Origin: an uncultured Chloroflexia bacterium
GTDB taxonomy: Bacteria > Chloroflexota > Limnocylindria > Limnocylindrales > CSP1-4
Reading direction: 5' to 3'
Length of the DNA: 64,000 nt
NCBI GenBank assembly: GCA_963828965.1
Contig: CAWHGL010000004.1
Location: 140,533-204,532, forward strand
Each line of letters begins with the position of its first letter. Positions within the stretch are counted from its first letter, which is position 1. Of this stretch, positions 1 to 10,207 are shown piece by piece. The position numbers and the translations under genes are program-made. Below the pieces are notes generated by a model, which saw only the letters and a program-made list of their open reading frames with translations, had not been told where the DNA came from and searched no databases.

Positions 1-705
1 GCGGACCTGTTCGCCCACGATCTCGATGATCGCCTCGAAGTCGAGCTGCCGGGCGAGCGCCAGGCCGATCTCGTTGACCACGGCCAGCTCGGCATTGCGC
101 TGACGCGTCTCCTCGATGGCCCGGGCGCGGCTGAGCGCGGTGCCGATGTGCTGGCCGACGAATGCCAGCAACTCCAGCTCTGCGTCGGTGTATTGATGGG
201 CGAGGACATAGCTCTGGACGACGATCGCTCCGACCGTCCGACCATCGGCGGGAAGCGGAGCCCCGATCCAACTTGCCTCTTCGGACGTCGGCCCCACGAG
301 CTCGATCTCGCCGCGGGCAACGTAGTCCGGAAAATTCGTCCGGTCGAACCGGCTTGGCCGTCCCGTCCGCAGGACGTACGCCGTGGTCCCCCGGGCGTTG
401 CCGACCCCGAACGGCTCCCAGAGTGCCGGATCAGGAAGGTCGGTGTCGACGGTGTCGACGTAGTACGGGAAGTTGATCGCCTGGCGCGCCTCGTCATAGA
501 GGGCGATGAAGCAGTTCTCGGCGTAGATGAGCTCGCCGACGATGCCGTGCACCGTGGCATAGAACGCCTGGAGATCCTCGGCGGAGCTGGCCGCCGCCGC
601 GATCTTGTAGAGCGCGTCCTGGACGGACGCGGTCCGGGCGTACTCTGCCTCGCGTCCCTCGAGCTCCTCGACGCGCCCACGCAGGGCGTCGATGTCCTCG
701 GTCAT
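1..705 (-). CDS. GAF-domain signalling protein, N-terminal part only (gene runs off the window start)
   Basis: Manual minus-strand translation from the ATG at 705 gives MTEDIDALRGRVEELEGREAEYARTASVQDALYKIAAAASSAEDLQAFYATVHGIVGELIYAENCFIALYDEARQAINFPYYVD...GAIVVQSYVLAHQYTDAELELLAFVGQHIGTALSRARAIEE. This is a coiled coil followed by a GAF-like core. The frame stays open to position 1, so it is absent from the ORF track. The + ORFs 148..810 and 162..476 are Arg/Gly-rich shadows. Confidence 0.6.
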   Translation of the reverse strand, partial: MTEDIDALRGRVEELEGREAEYARTASVQDALYKIAAAASSAEDLQAFYATVHGIVGELIYAENCFIALYDEARQAINFPYYVDTVDTDLPDPALWEPFGVGNARGTTAYVLRTGRPSRFDRTNFPDYVARGEIELVGPTSEEASWIGAPLPADGRTVGAIVVQSYVLAHQYTDAELELLAFVGQHIGTALSRARAIEETRQRNAELAVVNEIGLALARQLDFEAIIEIVGEQVR

Positions 706-838
706 CGCGGGCGGCTCAGGCGGATATGCGGCCGAGCGTGGACGGTCGTCTCCTCGGATCGATCAGGAGCGCATCCAACCAGGTCCCGCGCGCTCGTGGC
801 TGGATGGTAGCGTGCCGCGGGTCCCCCGGAGCGAGCGG

Positions 839-2242
839 TCAGCCGCGTTCCAGGTAGCGCTCGCGATCCCAGGGATGGACGGTCGAGTCGTAGGCGTCCT
901 GCTCCACCTGGGCGGCGTTCAGGTAATGCTCGACCACGTCGTCGCCGAAGATCTCGCGGGCCGCCACCGACTGCTCCAGCTCGCGGATCGCCTCGTACAG
1001 GGCGCGCGGCATGCGCGCATGGCCTTCGGCGAGGTAGCCGTTGCCCTTGAACTCGTCCTCGAGCTTGAGGCCGTGCTCGATGCCGTAGAGACCGGCGCCG
1101 ACCATCGCGGCGTACGTCAGGTAGGCGTTCATGTCGCCGCCCGGAAAGCGGTTCTCGACGTGGATGCCCTTGCCGTGCCCGACGAGCCGGAACCCGGTGG
1201 TCCGGTTGTCCCGACCCCAGACGACGTTGACCGGCGCCCACGACAGGGATGCGTAGCGCTTGTACGAGTTGATGAACGGCGCGATGAAGATCGCGAGCTC
1301 GCGGGAGAGCGCCATCATCCCGGCCATGAACTGCTGTCCGAGCTTCGAGAGCCCGTACGGCCCCGGCTTCTCGCGGCCCGTGGCGTGCATCAGCGGGATG
1401 TCCTTGACCGCATCCCAGACGCTCATGTGGAGGTGGCCCGATGAGCCCGTCCAGCGATGGTCGGGCTTGGCCATGAACGTGATGCCCCAGCCGTTGAGGT
1501 AGGCGATCTCCTTGGCGCCGTGCTTGAACATCACGCTCCGGTCGGCCGACTCGAGGACGTGGTCGTAGCGGATGTTGACCTCGTGCTGGCCGTTGGCCGC
1601 CTCGCCCTTGCTGAACTCGATGGGCACGTTGGCGGCCGACATCTGCGTGCGCAGGAGGTGGTGCAGCGGCTCGGCCTTGGTGGCCTGGAGGAGGTGGTAG
1701 TCCTCGTTGTAGTAGCCGAACGTCTTGGGCACCGGCCAGCCGCGCTCGGCCAGCGATTCCCAGGAGTCCTTGAGGACGTAGAACTCGAACTCCGAGCCGG
1801 CCTTGACCGCGAGACCGCGCTCGGCGGCCTGCGCCACCTGGCGCTTGAGGATCGTCCGCGGCGAGACCGGGATCTCCTCGCCGGTCTCCTCGTCGATGGT
1901 GTCGGACAGGACCATGGCGGTGCCCGGCAGCCAGGGCAGCTCGCGCAGCTGGTCCCAGACCGGCCGGGCGATCCAGTCGCCGTAGCCGGTCTCCCAGTTC
2001 ATGAGCTTGAAGCCCTCGGGCGTGTTCATCTCCATGTCCGTACCCAGCAGGTACGTGCAGAAATGCGCGCCGTGGTCGATGACCCCGTCGAGGAAGGCCT
2101 GGCCGTGGACGCGCTTGCCCATGAGCCGGCCCTGCATGTCCGTGAACGCGACCACGATCGTGTCGATCCGCCCGTCGCGGACCATCGCCTCGAGCTCGGC
2201 AAGGCGGGGGTGCTTGGCGTGATCGCTGTCGTGATCGCTCAT
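839..2242 (-). CDS. Glutamine synthetase family protein (gamma-glutamyl-amine synthetase type, GlnA2/3/4-like)
   Basis: Lies in ORF 839..2359. Start chosen at the internal MSDHDSDHAKHPRLAELEAMV (aa 40). GS-type motifs are present: GSEFEFYV, EAANGQHEVNIRY, TFMAKP, SGHLHMSVW, NRTTGFRLV. Confidence 0.85.
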   Translation of the reverse strand: MSDHDSDHAKHPRLAELEAMVRDGRIDTIVVAFTDMQGRLMGKRVHGQAFLDGVIDHGAHFCTYLLGTDMEMNTPEGFKLMNWETGYGDWIARPVWDQLRELPWLPGTAMVLSDTIDEETGEEIPVSPRTILKRQVAQAAERGLAVKAGSEFEFYVLKDSWESLAERGWPVPKTFGYYNEDYHLLQATKAEPLHHLLRTQMSAANVPIEFSKGEAANGQHEVNIRYDHVLESADRSVMFKHGAKEIAYLNGWGITFMAKPDHRWTGSSGHLHMSVWDAVKDIPLMHATGREKPGPYGLSKLGQQFMAGMMALSRELAIFIAPFINSYKRYASLSWAPVNVVWGRDNRTTGFRLVGHGKGIHVENRFPGGDMNAYLTYAAMVGAGLYGIEHGLKLEDEFKGNGYLAEGHARMPRALYEAIRELEQSVAAREIFGDDVVEHYLNAAQVEQDAYDSTVHPWDRERYLERG

Positions 2243-2318
2243 GGGACTCCTCGCGGATACGGGCAGGGCCGGTCGGACGCGCCGGACCGGCCCTGCAGGA
2301 CTGCGTGCGGTTGCGTTG

Positions 2319-3995
2319 TCAGGTCGGCTGCACCTCGCCGGCCGCGGCTTCGAACTCACGCTCGATGTCGGTCAGCTCGGCTGCGTCACCCATGGAACGG
2401 GGACCCTTGAAGCTTCGGCGAGCCCAGCCGAAGTAGTACACGACGAGGAAGATGACCACCGCCACCATGAACGGCAGCGAGATGTTGCCCGAGGTCGGGA
2501 AGCTGAACAGGACCATCAGGACGACGACCCAGAACACCGCCACCCAGGCAACGGGCTTTGACCAGCGACCCAGGCTCCAGACGCGCTCCTTGAGCCAGTC
2601 CTGGGTGGTGGCGCCCAGGTAGATGCAGATCCCGTACGCGGCGTACAGGAAGATCGTGCTGATGGCGGTCACGATGACGACCGCCGTGCCCTTGCCGACG
2701 AAGAACGCCGCGACCGAGAACAACCAGGCGATGACGACGATCGCCACGAGCGCGTTCGCCGGAGTCCGGTAGCGACGCGACACCTTCTTGAGCCAACCCG
2801 ACCCCGGAACGCCGTCGTCGCGACTGAACGCGTACAGCATCCGACCGGCCGAGGCGATCGAAGAGAGGCCGCAGAACCACATCGCGACCGCGATGCCGGC
2901 GGCCAGGACGCCACCGACGGTGGAGCCGAGGTTGTAGATCAGGGTGTCGATGACGGCCGCGCCGTCACCGAAGTAGTACTGGCTGTACTTCGTCGGGTCG
3001 GCGCCATCGAAGGTCGCCGGGAAGAGGGTCGAAAGATTCGGCAGGTGGGTCGAGAGGGCGACGAGGAAGACGAAACCGACGATCGCGCTGACCGCGACGG
3101 CGAGGAAGAGGCCCCACGCGCTGGCGACGCGCGCGCCGACCGTCTCTTCGGCAACGTGCGCCGAGGCGTCATAGCCGGTATACGTCCAGTTGGCCTGGAG
3201 CAGCGAGAAGAAGAACGCCAACATGATCGGGTAGGTGATCGCCGCTCCGAAGTCGAGGTCGATCGCGCCGCCGATATTGATCTCCCAGCTGCCGGCGACG
3301 TCCTGCGGCTGGACGGCGAACAGCGTCAGCCCGGACTCGTCGGGCTTGCCCGCAAGGAAGATGAGCACGACCACGGCCGCGACGATCGCCATGTGCCACC
3401 AGACACTGACCTGGTTCAGCAGGGCGACGAGGTTGATGCCCGCGATGTTGATGGCCAGCTGGATGAGCATGAGGATGCCCATCGTCACCAGCGAGCCGAC
3501 GAGGATCGGTTGATCGGCCGATCCGATGAGGACGGTCGTGTTGCTGTACGCGATCCCGAAGTTCGACAGGATCGGGGTGACGATGGTGGCGTTGATGAAC
3601 AGCGCCGCGGCGTAGTTGATGCCCGCGACGATCGCGAACTGGCCGATGAGGTTGAACCATGCGGTCCACCAGCCCCAGTTCTTGTTCTTCATCCGGCTGG
3701 CCCAGTAGTACAGGCCACCCGCGGTCGGGTAGGCGGACGCGATCTCGGCCATCGAGGCGGCGATCAGGAGCACGAAGACCGTGACGAACGGCCAGCCGAT
3801 CATGACGGCGGCGGTGCCCGCCCAGGCCAGGCCGTAGTCGTACAGGATGACCGCGCCGGTCAGGATGCTGATGATGCTGAAGCTGATCGCGAAGTTGCTG
3901 AACCCGCCCATCGAGCGGAGCAATTCCTGAGCGTACCCGAGCTTGTGCAGGTCGGCGACGTCCTGTTGGATGACGTCTTCGCGGGATCGGGTCAT
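2319..3995 (-). CDS. APC-superfamily amino acid/polyamine permease
   Basis: 558-aa ORF with about 12 hydrophobic segments. The N-terminal signature GGFSNFAISFSIISILTGA...MAEIASAYPTAGGLYYWA is typical of APC permeases. It is directly upstream of, and co-directional with, the GS-family gene. Confidence 0.85.
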   Translation of the reverse strand: MTRSREDVIQQDVADLHKLGYAQELLRSMGGFSNFAISFSIISILTGAVILYDYGLAWAGTAAVMIGWPFVTVFVLLIAASMAEIASAYPTAGGLYYWASRMKNKNWGWWTAWFNLIGQFAIVAGINYAAALFINATIVTPILSNFGIAYSNTTVLIGSADQPILVGSLVTMGILMLIQLAINIAGINLVALLNQVSVWWHMAIVAAVVVLIFLAGKPDESGLTLFAVQPQDVAGSWEINIGGAIDLDFGAAITYPIMLAFFFSLLQANWTYTGYDASAHVAEETVGARVASAWGLFLAVAVSAIVGFVFLVALSTHLPNLSTLFPATFDGADPTKYSQYYFGDGAAVIDTLIYNLGSTVGGVLAAGIAVAMWFCGLSSIASAGRMLYAFSRDDGVPGSGWLKKVSRRYRTPANALVAIVVIAWLFSVAAFFVGKGTAVVIVTAISTIFLYAAYGICIYLGATTQDWLKERVWSLGRWSKPVAWVAVFWVVVLMVLFSFPTSGNISLPFMVAVVIFLVVYYFGWARRSFKGPRSMGDAAELTDIEREFEAAAGEVQPT

Positions 3996-4295
3996 CGGGA
4001 TCCTCCCTCACTCGGCGCTGCCATCGACGCTGGGGTGGTCGACGAGGCGCCCGGTCGTCGGACCCCCTCCAGGTCCGACCGAGAGCGCGGCAGAGGCCCG
4101 GAGCGATCGGGGGCGCCGCGCGGCGCGGGATGTGCGGGATGACGCGGGGTCGGGGCGGCTTCGCCGCGATGGCACCGTGGGCAACGGCGCCGGATAGGTC
4201 GCTTGGAGAGCCTCCTTTCCGAGCGTCCTCAGGTGACCAGGGTCGCCGACACTCCGACCGGTGGACCCGGGCCCGACACGATGGCGCCGACTATA

Positions 4296-4316
4296 CCCGC
4301 CCCGATCCGGGGCGGG
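4296..4316 (-). terminator. GC-rich hairpin downstream of the 4332..5113 gene (terminator-like, no U-tract)
   Basis: Perfect 8-bp stem, cccgcccc / ggggcggg, with a 5-nt loop, 16 nt after the minus-strand stop at 4332. On the transcribed strand it is followed by TATAGT rather than a U run. Confidence 0.4.
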
Positions 4317-4331
4317 AAGACCGAGGGTCGC

Positions 4332-5113
4332 CTAGTAGAGCATCGTCGTCCCGGTCGGGAAGACGAACTCGAAGGCGGACGGCGGCAGGGCGGCGTCCGG
4401 GTCGATATCGGTCACCAGCGCGTGGCGGGTGACCGTCCCGCCGATGGTCTCGACCAGGCGCAGGATGACCCCGGTCGAGCGGTCGACCGCCAGGTCGAGG
4501 CGGTGGTCAGGGCGATCGCCCGCGATCTCGATGGTCCGTGGGTGGTCACAGGTCGAGCAGGATCGCCTCGCGGTCGGTCACGAGCTCCGTGCCGAGCACC
4601 GCGCAGATGCCGGTGGCCAGCACGTTCTGGCAGAAGCCGGCCGGGTGGACGAAGGTGTCCGGCAGGGTCTCCATCGGCAGCGCGGTCACCGGCTCGTACA
4701 CGCGCGATGGTCCCGGAAAGTCCTGGTCGGCCAGACCGCGCGGACGGTTCCGGACGGGGCGCTGGGTGCCGAGCCGGTGGGCGGCCGCGTACGTCCGGAC
4801 GAGATCGCCGTCGGAGATCCAGATCTCGTACTGGCTCTTCAGCAGCTCGCCCGGTCGACTGGTCGTGACCTTGGCCTCGTTGGGATGGCGCAGGGTCACG
4901 TCGATCTCGGTGACGTCCTCGCCGCGCGGCGTTGGCGACCCGCTCGAGGATGCGCATCCGGAGGGTCGCGAAGCGCAGCTCCGCGTCGCGCATGAAGTCG
5001 AACAGCTCGGGCACCGTGGGCAGGCCCGCCGGCAGGGCCGCGACCTCGGGGAGGCGCCGGCCGTCGACCGGCACGGGCACGGCGGCGCGGTCCCACAGGC
5101 GTGTCGAGGTCAT
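4332..5113 (-). pseudogene. Conserved hypothetical protein (possibly LolA/RseB-like fold), reading frame broken twice
   Basis: Three consecutive minus-strand frames each read like protein. First MTSTRLWDRAAVPVPVDGRRLPEVAALPAGLPTVPELFDFMRDAELRFATLRMRILERVANAAR (from 5113), then EDVTEIDVTLRHPNEAKVTT...LVTDREAILLDL (ORF 4546..4899), then CDHPRTIEIAGDRPDHRLDLAVDRSTGVILRLVETIGGTVTRHALVTDIDPDAALPPSAFEFVFPTGTTMLY ending at 4332. The frame changes are near 4920 and 4546. Confidence 0.55.
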
Positions 5114-5193
5114 CGCGTCGGATCGTACCAAAGCGGATCGCCGATCGAAGCTATCTCGCACGAAGCGAGCGACGCCGTAACAGGCGCCGGACG

Positions 5194-5664
5194 ATGAGGC
5201 CGTACCGTGGCAGCACCGAATACGTTGGAGGTGCTCCGTTGCCATCCGGTGACCGTGCCCATCGTCGGGCCCCGCTTGTCATCGCCCTGGTGATCGCCGC
5301 GGCCGTCGGCGCGTGCGGTGCCTCGTCGTCGTCGTCGCCGGCCGCATCGAGCGGGCCGTCCGCAGCCGGGGGCCCGCCCCAGGCCATGACCATCACGGCC
5401 AAGGACGTCGCGTTCGAGCCGACCTCGTTCACGGCGCCCGCGGGTCGACCGTTGGAGATCACGTTCCACAACCAGGATGCGGGCGTCCCCCACAACCTGG
5501 TGCTGCTCGCGGGTCCGTCGCTGTCCGACGAGCTCGTCAAGAGCGAGGTGTTCACCGGCGTCGCCGACCAGCACGTCAGCATCCCGGGCCTCGTCGCAGG
5601 GGCCTACCGGTTCAGCTGCAACGTCCACCCGAACATGACCGCGGACCTGACGGTCGCGCCGTAA
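5194..5664 (+). CDS. Cupredoxin (plastocyanin/azurin-like type-1 copper) lipoprotein
   Basis: Lies in ORF 5101..5664. There is a signal peptide with the lipobox AVGAC. Copper ligand pattern is H (GVPHNLVL) ... C-x2-H-x2-M (FSCNVHPNM). Start taken at MRPYRG and is uncertain. Confidence 0.8.
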   Translation: MRPYRGSTEYVGGAPLPSGDRAHRRAPLVIALVIAAAVGACGASSSSSPAASSGPSAAGGPPQAMTITAKDVAFEPTSFTAPAGRPLEITFHNQDAGVPHNLVLLAGPSLSDELVKSEVFTGVADQHVSIPGLVAGAYRFSCNVHPNMTADLTVAP

Positions 5665-5693
5665 CGGCGAGCGGCGACCGCCGAGCCCGAGGC

Positions 5694-7104
5694 TCAGCCG
5701 CCGGCCGGCCCCGACCCGAGGCCCGGTTCGGTCATGGCGGCCGGGTCGAGGAGCCGATCCAGGTCCTCGGCGCTCAGACCGCGCTCCAGGGCGAGCTCGC
5801 GGATGGTGCGGCCGTCCTTGTACGCCTGCTTGGCCAGCGCGGCCGCGTCGTCGTAGCCGATGACCGGGGCGAGGGCCGTGGCGAGCATCAGCCCCTGTTC
5901 GACGAGCGCCGGACCGCGGTCCGTCGCGACCAGCCCGTCGATCGTCCGCCGCGAGAAGTTGGCGGCGGCCGCCGCGAGGAGCTCGATCGATTCGAGCAGC
6001 GCCGCTGCCGTGACCGGAAGCATGACGTTGAGCTCGAGGAACGAGCCGGTCTGGGCGAACGCGACGGTCGTGTCGTTGCCGAGCACCCGGGCGACGACCA
6101 TCGTCAGTGACTCGATGATCACCGGGTTCACCTTGCCCGGCATGATCGACGAGCCGGGCTGCGTTTCCGGCAACGCGAGCTCGGCCAGGCCGGCCCGCGG
6201 ACCCATGCCCATCAGGCGGACGTCCGAGGCGATCTTCCACAGCCCGAGCGCGGTCGTGCGGACGGCTCCATGCGCCGCGATCGCGACGTCGAGCGAGGCC
6301 TGGGCGTGGAAGTGGTTCGGGGCCTCCCGGACCGGCAGGGTCAACAGCTCGGTCAGCCGGGCGCAGGCCCGTGCCGCGTATTCGGGATGGGCGTTGATGC
6401 CGGTGCCGACCGCGGTCCCGCCAAGCGGCACCGTGAGCAGCTCGTCACGGGCAGCCTGCGCGCGGCGGATAGCCTCCTCGACCTGACCCGCGTAGCCGCG
6501 GAATTCCTGGCCGAGCCGGATCGGGGTCGCGTCCTGGAGGTGCGTCCGACCCGTCTTCACGATGGGCCAGAACTCGTCGGCCTTCGCGGCGAGCGCGGTC
6601 TGCAGTTCGACCAGCGCCGGGATGAGCGCCTCCTCGATGGCCATCGCCGCGGCTCAGCTGGAGCGCCGTCGGGATCGTGTCGTTGGAGCTCTGGCACTTG
6701 TTGACGTGGTCGTTGGGATGGACCGTCCTGCCATCGCCCAGGCGCCCTGCCGCGAGGTGGGCGATGACCTCGTTCATGTTCGTGTTCGTGGACGTGCCGG
6801 ATCCCGTCTGGTAGATGTCGATGGGGAACTGGTCGTCGTGGGCGCCGTCGGCCACCTCCGCCGCGGCGACCGCGATGGCCGTCGCGACCTCGACGTCGAG
6901 GAGCTCGAGCTCCGCGTTGGCCTCCGCAGCCGCCAGCTTGATGAGGGCCAGCGCCCGGATGAACCGGCGCGGGAAGCGCTGGCCGGAGATCGGGAAGTTC
7001 AGGACGGCACGCTGCGTGGACGCGCCGTACAGGGCGTCGGCCGGGACGGCCATCTCGCCCATCGAATCGCGCTCGAGGCGCGTCGCGCGAACGGGGTCGG
7101 TCAT
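5694..7104 (-). pseudogene. Class II fumarate hydratase-like enzyme (fumarate lyase superfamily), one frame change
   Basis: The N-terminal half is ORF 6445..7104 ([48 protein letters not shown]). The C-terminal half is ORF 5694..6644 (GSSIMPGKVNP signature). The join ...PTALQLS / [14 protein letters not shown] lies at about 6645-6655 in a different frame. Confidence 0.8.
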
Positions 7105-7161
7105 GGCGCCGATCGTAGCCCATGGCTGGGCGACCGGCGACGAACCAGGGTCAGCGACCGG

Positions 7162-8182
7162 TCAATGGACCATCGTGATGGCCGACCCGTCGTCGAGGAG
7201 CACCGTCCAGCCGAGGCCGTCCGCGTCCACCGTGATGCTCACGACCGTGCGGCCGGGGTTGCTCGTCGCCGCGTCGGACACGGCGTTCTTCACGACGACG
7301 GCGCAGCGCCGTCTGATCGAGCGGACCACAGGCGATCTTGATGGGCGGCGCCGGAGCGGCCTTCTTGTCGATGAGCGGGGGCTTCACGCTCGGCGGCATC
7401 GGGGCGAGGCCACCGCTGCGGGTCGTGAGCCGGAGCCCGCGCATGACCAGGCGACCCGGGCCGGTGTCGGGGCCGCTGCGGTCCGGGAGCGTGAGGTCGA
7501 TGTCGCCACCGAAGGCGGCACCGGCCGGCGCCCCGATCGGGACCTCGCTGGTCTCCAGCCAGTCGCTCGGCACCCGGCCGTCGTAGATGCGCGCCTCGTC
7601 GACCCGCCAGCCGTCCGCGTCGGCACGGAAGTACAGGTTGATGCGCATCTCCGTCCGTCCGGCGTTCCAGGCGACTTCGAGGGTCCATTTCTGGGGTGTG
7701 CCCGCGTCGGACGAGATCTTGATCTCTCGGTCGTCCGGCGGGACGACGACCTGGCCGCCGACCTCGAGCCACAGGTCGTCCGCGGCGAGGTCGACGACCT
7801 CGGTCGACCAGTGCACCGCCCGACCGACTGGGGCCGCTGCCGCCGCCTCCGGACCGGCGGGGCGGGGCAGGGCGCCGACGCCGATGGCCGCGCCGCCGAC
7901 CACGGCAAGGACGAGGATCGCCGCGGCGGCGAGCAGGACCGGTGTCGATCGGCCGCCGCCCCGGCGCTCGGCGACGATCGCGATGTCCGCTCGGACAGCG
8001 ACCGGCACGGGTCCCAGGTCGAGGTTGCTCAGCCTCGTCGCATCGGTGGCGAGGTCGGCCGTGAACGCGCGGCAGGCCGCGCACGTATACAGGTGGTCAT
8101 CGAGGTCCGCCCGCTCGGCGGGCTCGAGCTCGAAGTCGATGGCGGTCGCACCCGATCGGCGCGCCGCGTCGTGGTCGATCAT
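7162..8182 (-). CDS. Membrane anti-sigma factor (zf-HC2 type), probable frame change near the 3' end
   Basis: This is the internal part of the chimeric ORF 7151..8914, starting MIDHDAARR. It has the motif HLYTCAACRAF, one TM (VLLAAAAILVLAVVGGAAIGV) and an extracytoplasmic domain. After ...PPIKIACGPLDQT the listed frame turns Arg-rich. A second frame reads CAVVVKNAVSDAATSNPGRTVVSITVDADGLGWTVLLDDGSAITMVH and stops at 7162. Its start overlaps the sigma gene stop (ATGA at 8179-8182). Confidence 0.6.
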
Positions 8183-8763
8183 CGGGCTTCCTCCCCAGCG
8201 TCGAGGCGCTCGCGCAACGACGTCCTCGCGCGCCACATGAGTGAGCGGGTCGCGAGCTCCGTGCGGCCAAGCGCTTCGGCCACTTCGCGGCCGGTGAACC
8301 CGTGGGCGGCCAGCATCAGGGCCACGCGCGCCTCCGCCGGCAGCGACGCGAGCGCCTCGCGGAGCTCCCGATGGGTCTCGGATCCGAGGATCCGGGCGTC
8401 CGCCGGTTCCTCGGTGCCGCGGTCGAAGAGGCGGCCGGCGAATCGCTGGAAGGACTGGCGGCGCCGGCCGTGGTCCACGACGAGGTTGGCGGCGACCCGA
8501 TGGAGCCACGCCCGTGGCTGCACCGGGGTGCGGCCCCGGCGGACCTCCTCGACGAGCCGGACGAAGGCCTCGGAGACGACATCCTCCGCGGTCTGCGGGT
8601 CGCGTTCGATGGCCCGGGCGAAGGTCGCGATCTCGCGATGATGGGCGTCGTAGATGGCGAGGACGGTCCGGCGGACCTCGGCGTCCCGTTCGTCGGATGT
8701 CGCCACCCGATCCAACACGGGCATCGCTCGCACCTCCAGGAACTCGGCGTCCGGCTCGGTCAT
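8179..8763 (-). CDS. ECF (sigma-70 family) RNA polymerase sigma factor
   Basis: 194-aa ORF. Region 2-like AEDVVSEAFVRLVEEV...WLHRVAANLVVD and region 4-like LPAEARVALMLAAHGFTGREVAEALGRTELATRSLMWRAR. Translationally coupled to the anti-sigma gene. Confidence 0.85.
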   Translation of the reverse strand: MTEPDAEFLEVRAMPVLDRVATSDERDAEVRRTVLAIYDAHHREIATFARAIERDPQTAEDVVSEAFVRLVEEVRRGRTPVQPRAWLHRVAANLVVDHGRRRQSFQRFAGRLFDRGTEEPADARILGSETHRELREALASLPAEARVALMLAAHGFTGREVAEALGRTELATRSLMWRARTSLRERLDAGEEAR

Positions 8764-8882
8764 GCGCGTCGGACGGATGTCGGGCCATCTTGTTGCGCGC
8801 CGCGGCGACGTGCCCGGGAGCCGAGCCGGGCGCCACGTCCGTGCGCCACGCTCGGGCGTCGCACCGTCGTAGCATCGGTGTG

Positions 8883-9689
8883 ATGCCGACGATCGACGCC
8901 AACGGGCTGCGCATCGGCTACGACGTGGCCGGGGCCGGTCCTCCGCTGATCCTGCTCCATGGCGCCACCTCCACCGGATCGCGCGACTTCCGTGGCCAGC
9001 TGCCGAGCCTGCGCAAGGCCTTCCGTTGCTTCACGCCGGACGCGCGTGGCCATGGGCGGACCCGCTGGGACACCGCCACGGACGGGTTCGTCGCGGCCTG
9101 GCTCGCGGACGACGCCCTGGCCTTCGCCGACGCGCTGGGGCTGGCGACGTTCCACCTGCTGGGGTTCTCGCTCGGGGCGATGGCCTCGCTGAACGTCGCT
9201 GTCCGGGCCCCCGAGCGCCTGCGCACCCTCGTCGTCGTCGGGATCTCCACCGAGCGCGAGCCGCGCGCCAGCGTCGCGCGGCGCCTGATGGACCCGATCC
9301 GGATCGACCGCGACGACCCGGCCTGGGCGGCCGACCTCGCCGCGCGACACGACCCGGTGCAGGGCGCCGGGGCGTGGCGGTCGCTGCTGCCGGCGATCGC
9401 CGCCGACGTCGCGGTCCAGCCGCTGCTCACGCCGAAGCAGGTCCGGACGATCGACCCACCGACACTCGTGGCGGTCGGGGACCGCGATCCGTTCGTGCCC
9501 GTCGACCATGCCTGGCGTCTGTCACGATCCGTGCTCGACGGCCGCCTGCTCGTCCTGCCCGAGGCCCGTCACGAGGCGTTCGCCGAGCGCCCGACGATCG
9601 CCACCGAGGCGCTCGGGGCGTTCTATCGATCCGCCGAGACCGTCGCCCGCCGCCGGGCGGCCGACCATCCCCACGAGGAGGCCCCATGA
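8883..9689 (+). CDS. Alpha/beta-fold hydrolase
   Basis: Lies in ORF 8514..9689, starting at MPTIDANGLRIGY. It has the HG oxyanion motif (LILLHGA), the nucleophile elbow GFSLGA, and a C-terminal D...H (GDRDPFVP ... EARHEAF). Confidence 0.8.
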   Translation: MPTIDANGLRIGYDVAGAGPPLILLHGATSTGSRDFRGQLPSLRKAFRCFTPDARGHGRTRWDTATDGFVAAWLADDALAFADALGLATFHLLGFSLGAMASLNVAVRAPERLRTLVVVGISTEREPRASVARRLMDPIRIDRDDPAWAADLAARHDPVQGAGAWRSLLPAIAADVAVQPLLTPKQVRTIDPPTLVAVGDRDPFVPVDHAWRLSRSVLDGRLLVLPEARHEAFAERPTIATEALGAFYRSAETVARRRAADHPHEEAP

Positions 9690-10012
9690 CCACGCTACTC
9701 GCCCTGTACCGCCGGCCCGACGGCGGCCCCGACGCGCTGGCCGAGTTCGAGCGGCGCTACGCCGCGGAGCACCTGCCGCTCGTGGCCGAGACGCCCGGCC
9801 TGCGAGCCACCCGCGTCCAGCGGGTCGCGACGGCGCTGGGGACCGAGACGGATCTCGTGCTCATCACGGCGATGGACTTTGACGACCGCGCGGCGCTCGA
9901 TGCCGGTCTCGGCTCGGATGCGATGCGCGCGGCGGGCCGGAACCTGCGTGAGATCGGCCCGGGGCTCGCGACACTGCTCGTCCTGGAGGACGCACTCGAC
10001 CTGCTCGCGTAG
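9686..10012 (+). CDS. EthD-family protein (TIGR02118-like)
   Basis: Lies in ORF 9026..10012, starting MTTLLALYRRPDGGPDALAEFERRYAAEHLPLVAETPGLR...DFDDRAALDAGLGSDAMRAAGRNL. This pattern is typical of the roughly 100-aa EthD family. There is an ATGA overlap with the hydrolase stop. Confidence 0.7.
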   Translation: MTTLLALYRRPDGGPDALAEFERRYAAEHLPLVAETPGLRATRVQRVATALGTETDLVLITAMDFDDRAALDAGLGSDAMRAAGRNLREIGPGLATLLVLEDALDLLA

Positions 10013-10074
10013 CGCCCACTCGAGGGGTCCAAAGCGGTCCACGACGCGGTCCGCGGGCCGTTCGGGCGTCACGC

Positions 10075-10103
10075 TTGGGCTTCAACGGGCCTCGTGCGAT
10101 AAT
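10075..10103 (+). promoter_or_regulatory. Possible sigma-70-type promoter for pdxS-pdxT
   Basis: TTGGGC (10075-10080), a 17-nt spacer, then GATAAT (10098-10103), about 105 nt upstream of the pdxS start. Found by eye only. Confidence 0.3.
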
Positions 10104-10207
10104 CCGGACGCGCGACGGCACCTGGTCGACTCGAACGGGCGAGGACCCCGGGGCCAGCATCGATCGGACATCCGCCGCGCACGCGACCACGAGGATCCAC
10201 AAGCCAC

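Noticed and set aside
148-810. Plus-strand ORFs 148..810 and 162..476 at the window start
   Set aside because: The minus strand here encodes a coherent coiled-coil plus GAF sequence that is open to the window edge. The plus-strand translations are Arg/Gly-rich shadows.
7151-8914. 587-aa ORF reading through the anti-sigma and sigma region
   Set aside because: It is chimeric. Only the middle part (MIDHDAARR... to about 7310) reads as protein. The 5' third overlaps the ECF sigma gene out of frame, and the last roughly 50 aa are Arg-rich. I replaced it with the 7162..8182 anti-sigma model.
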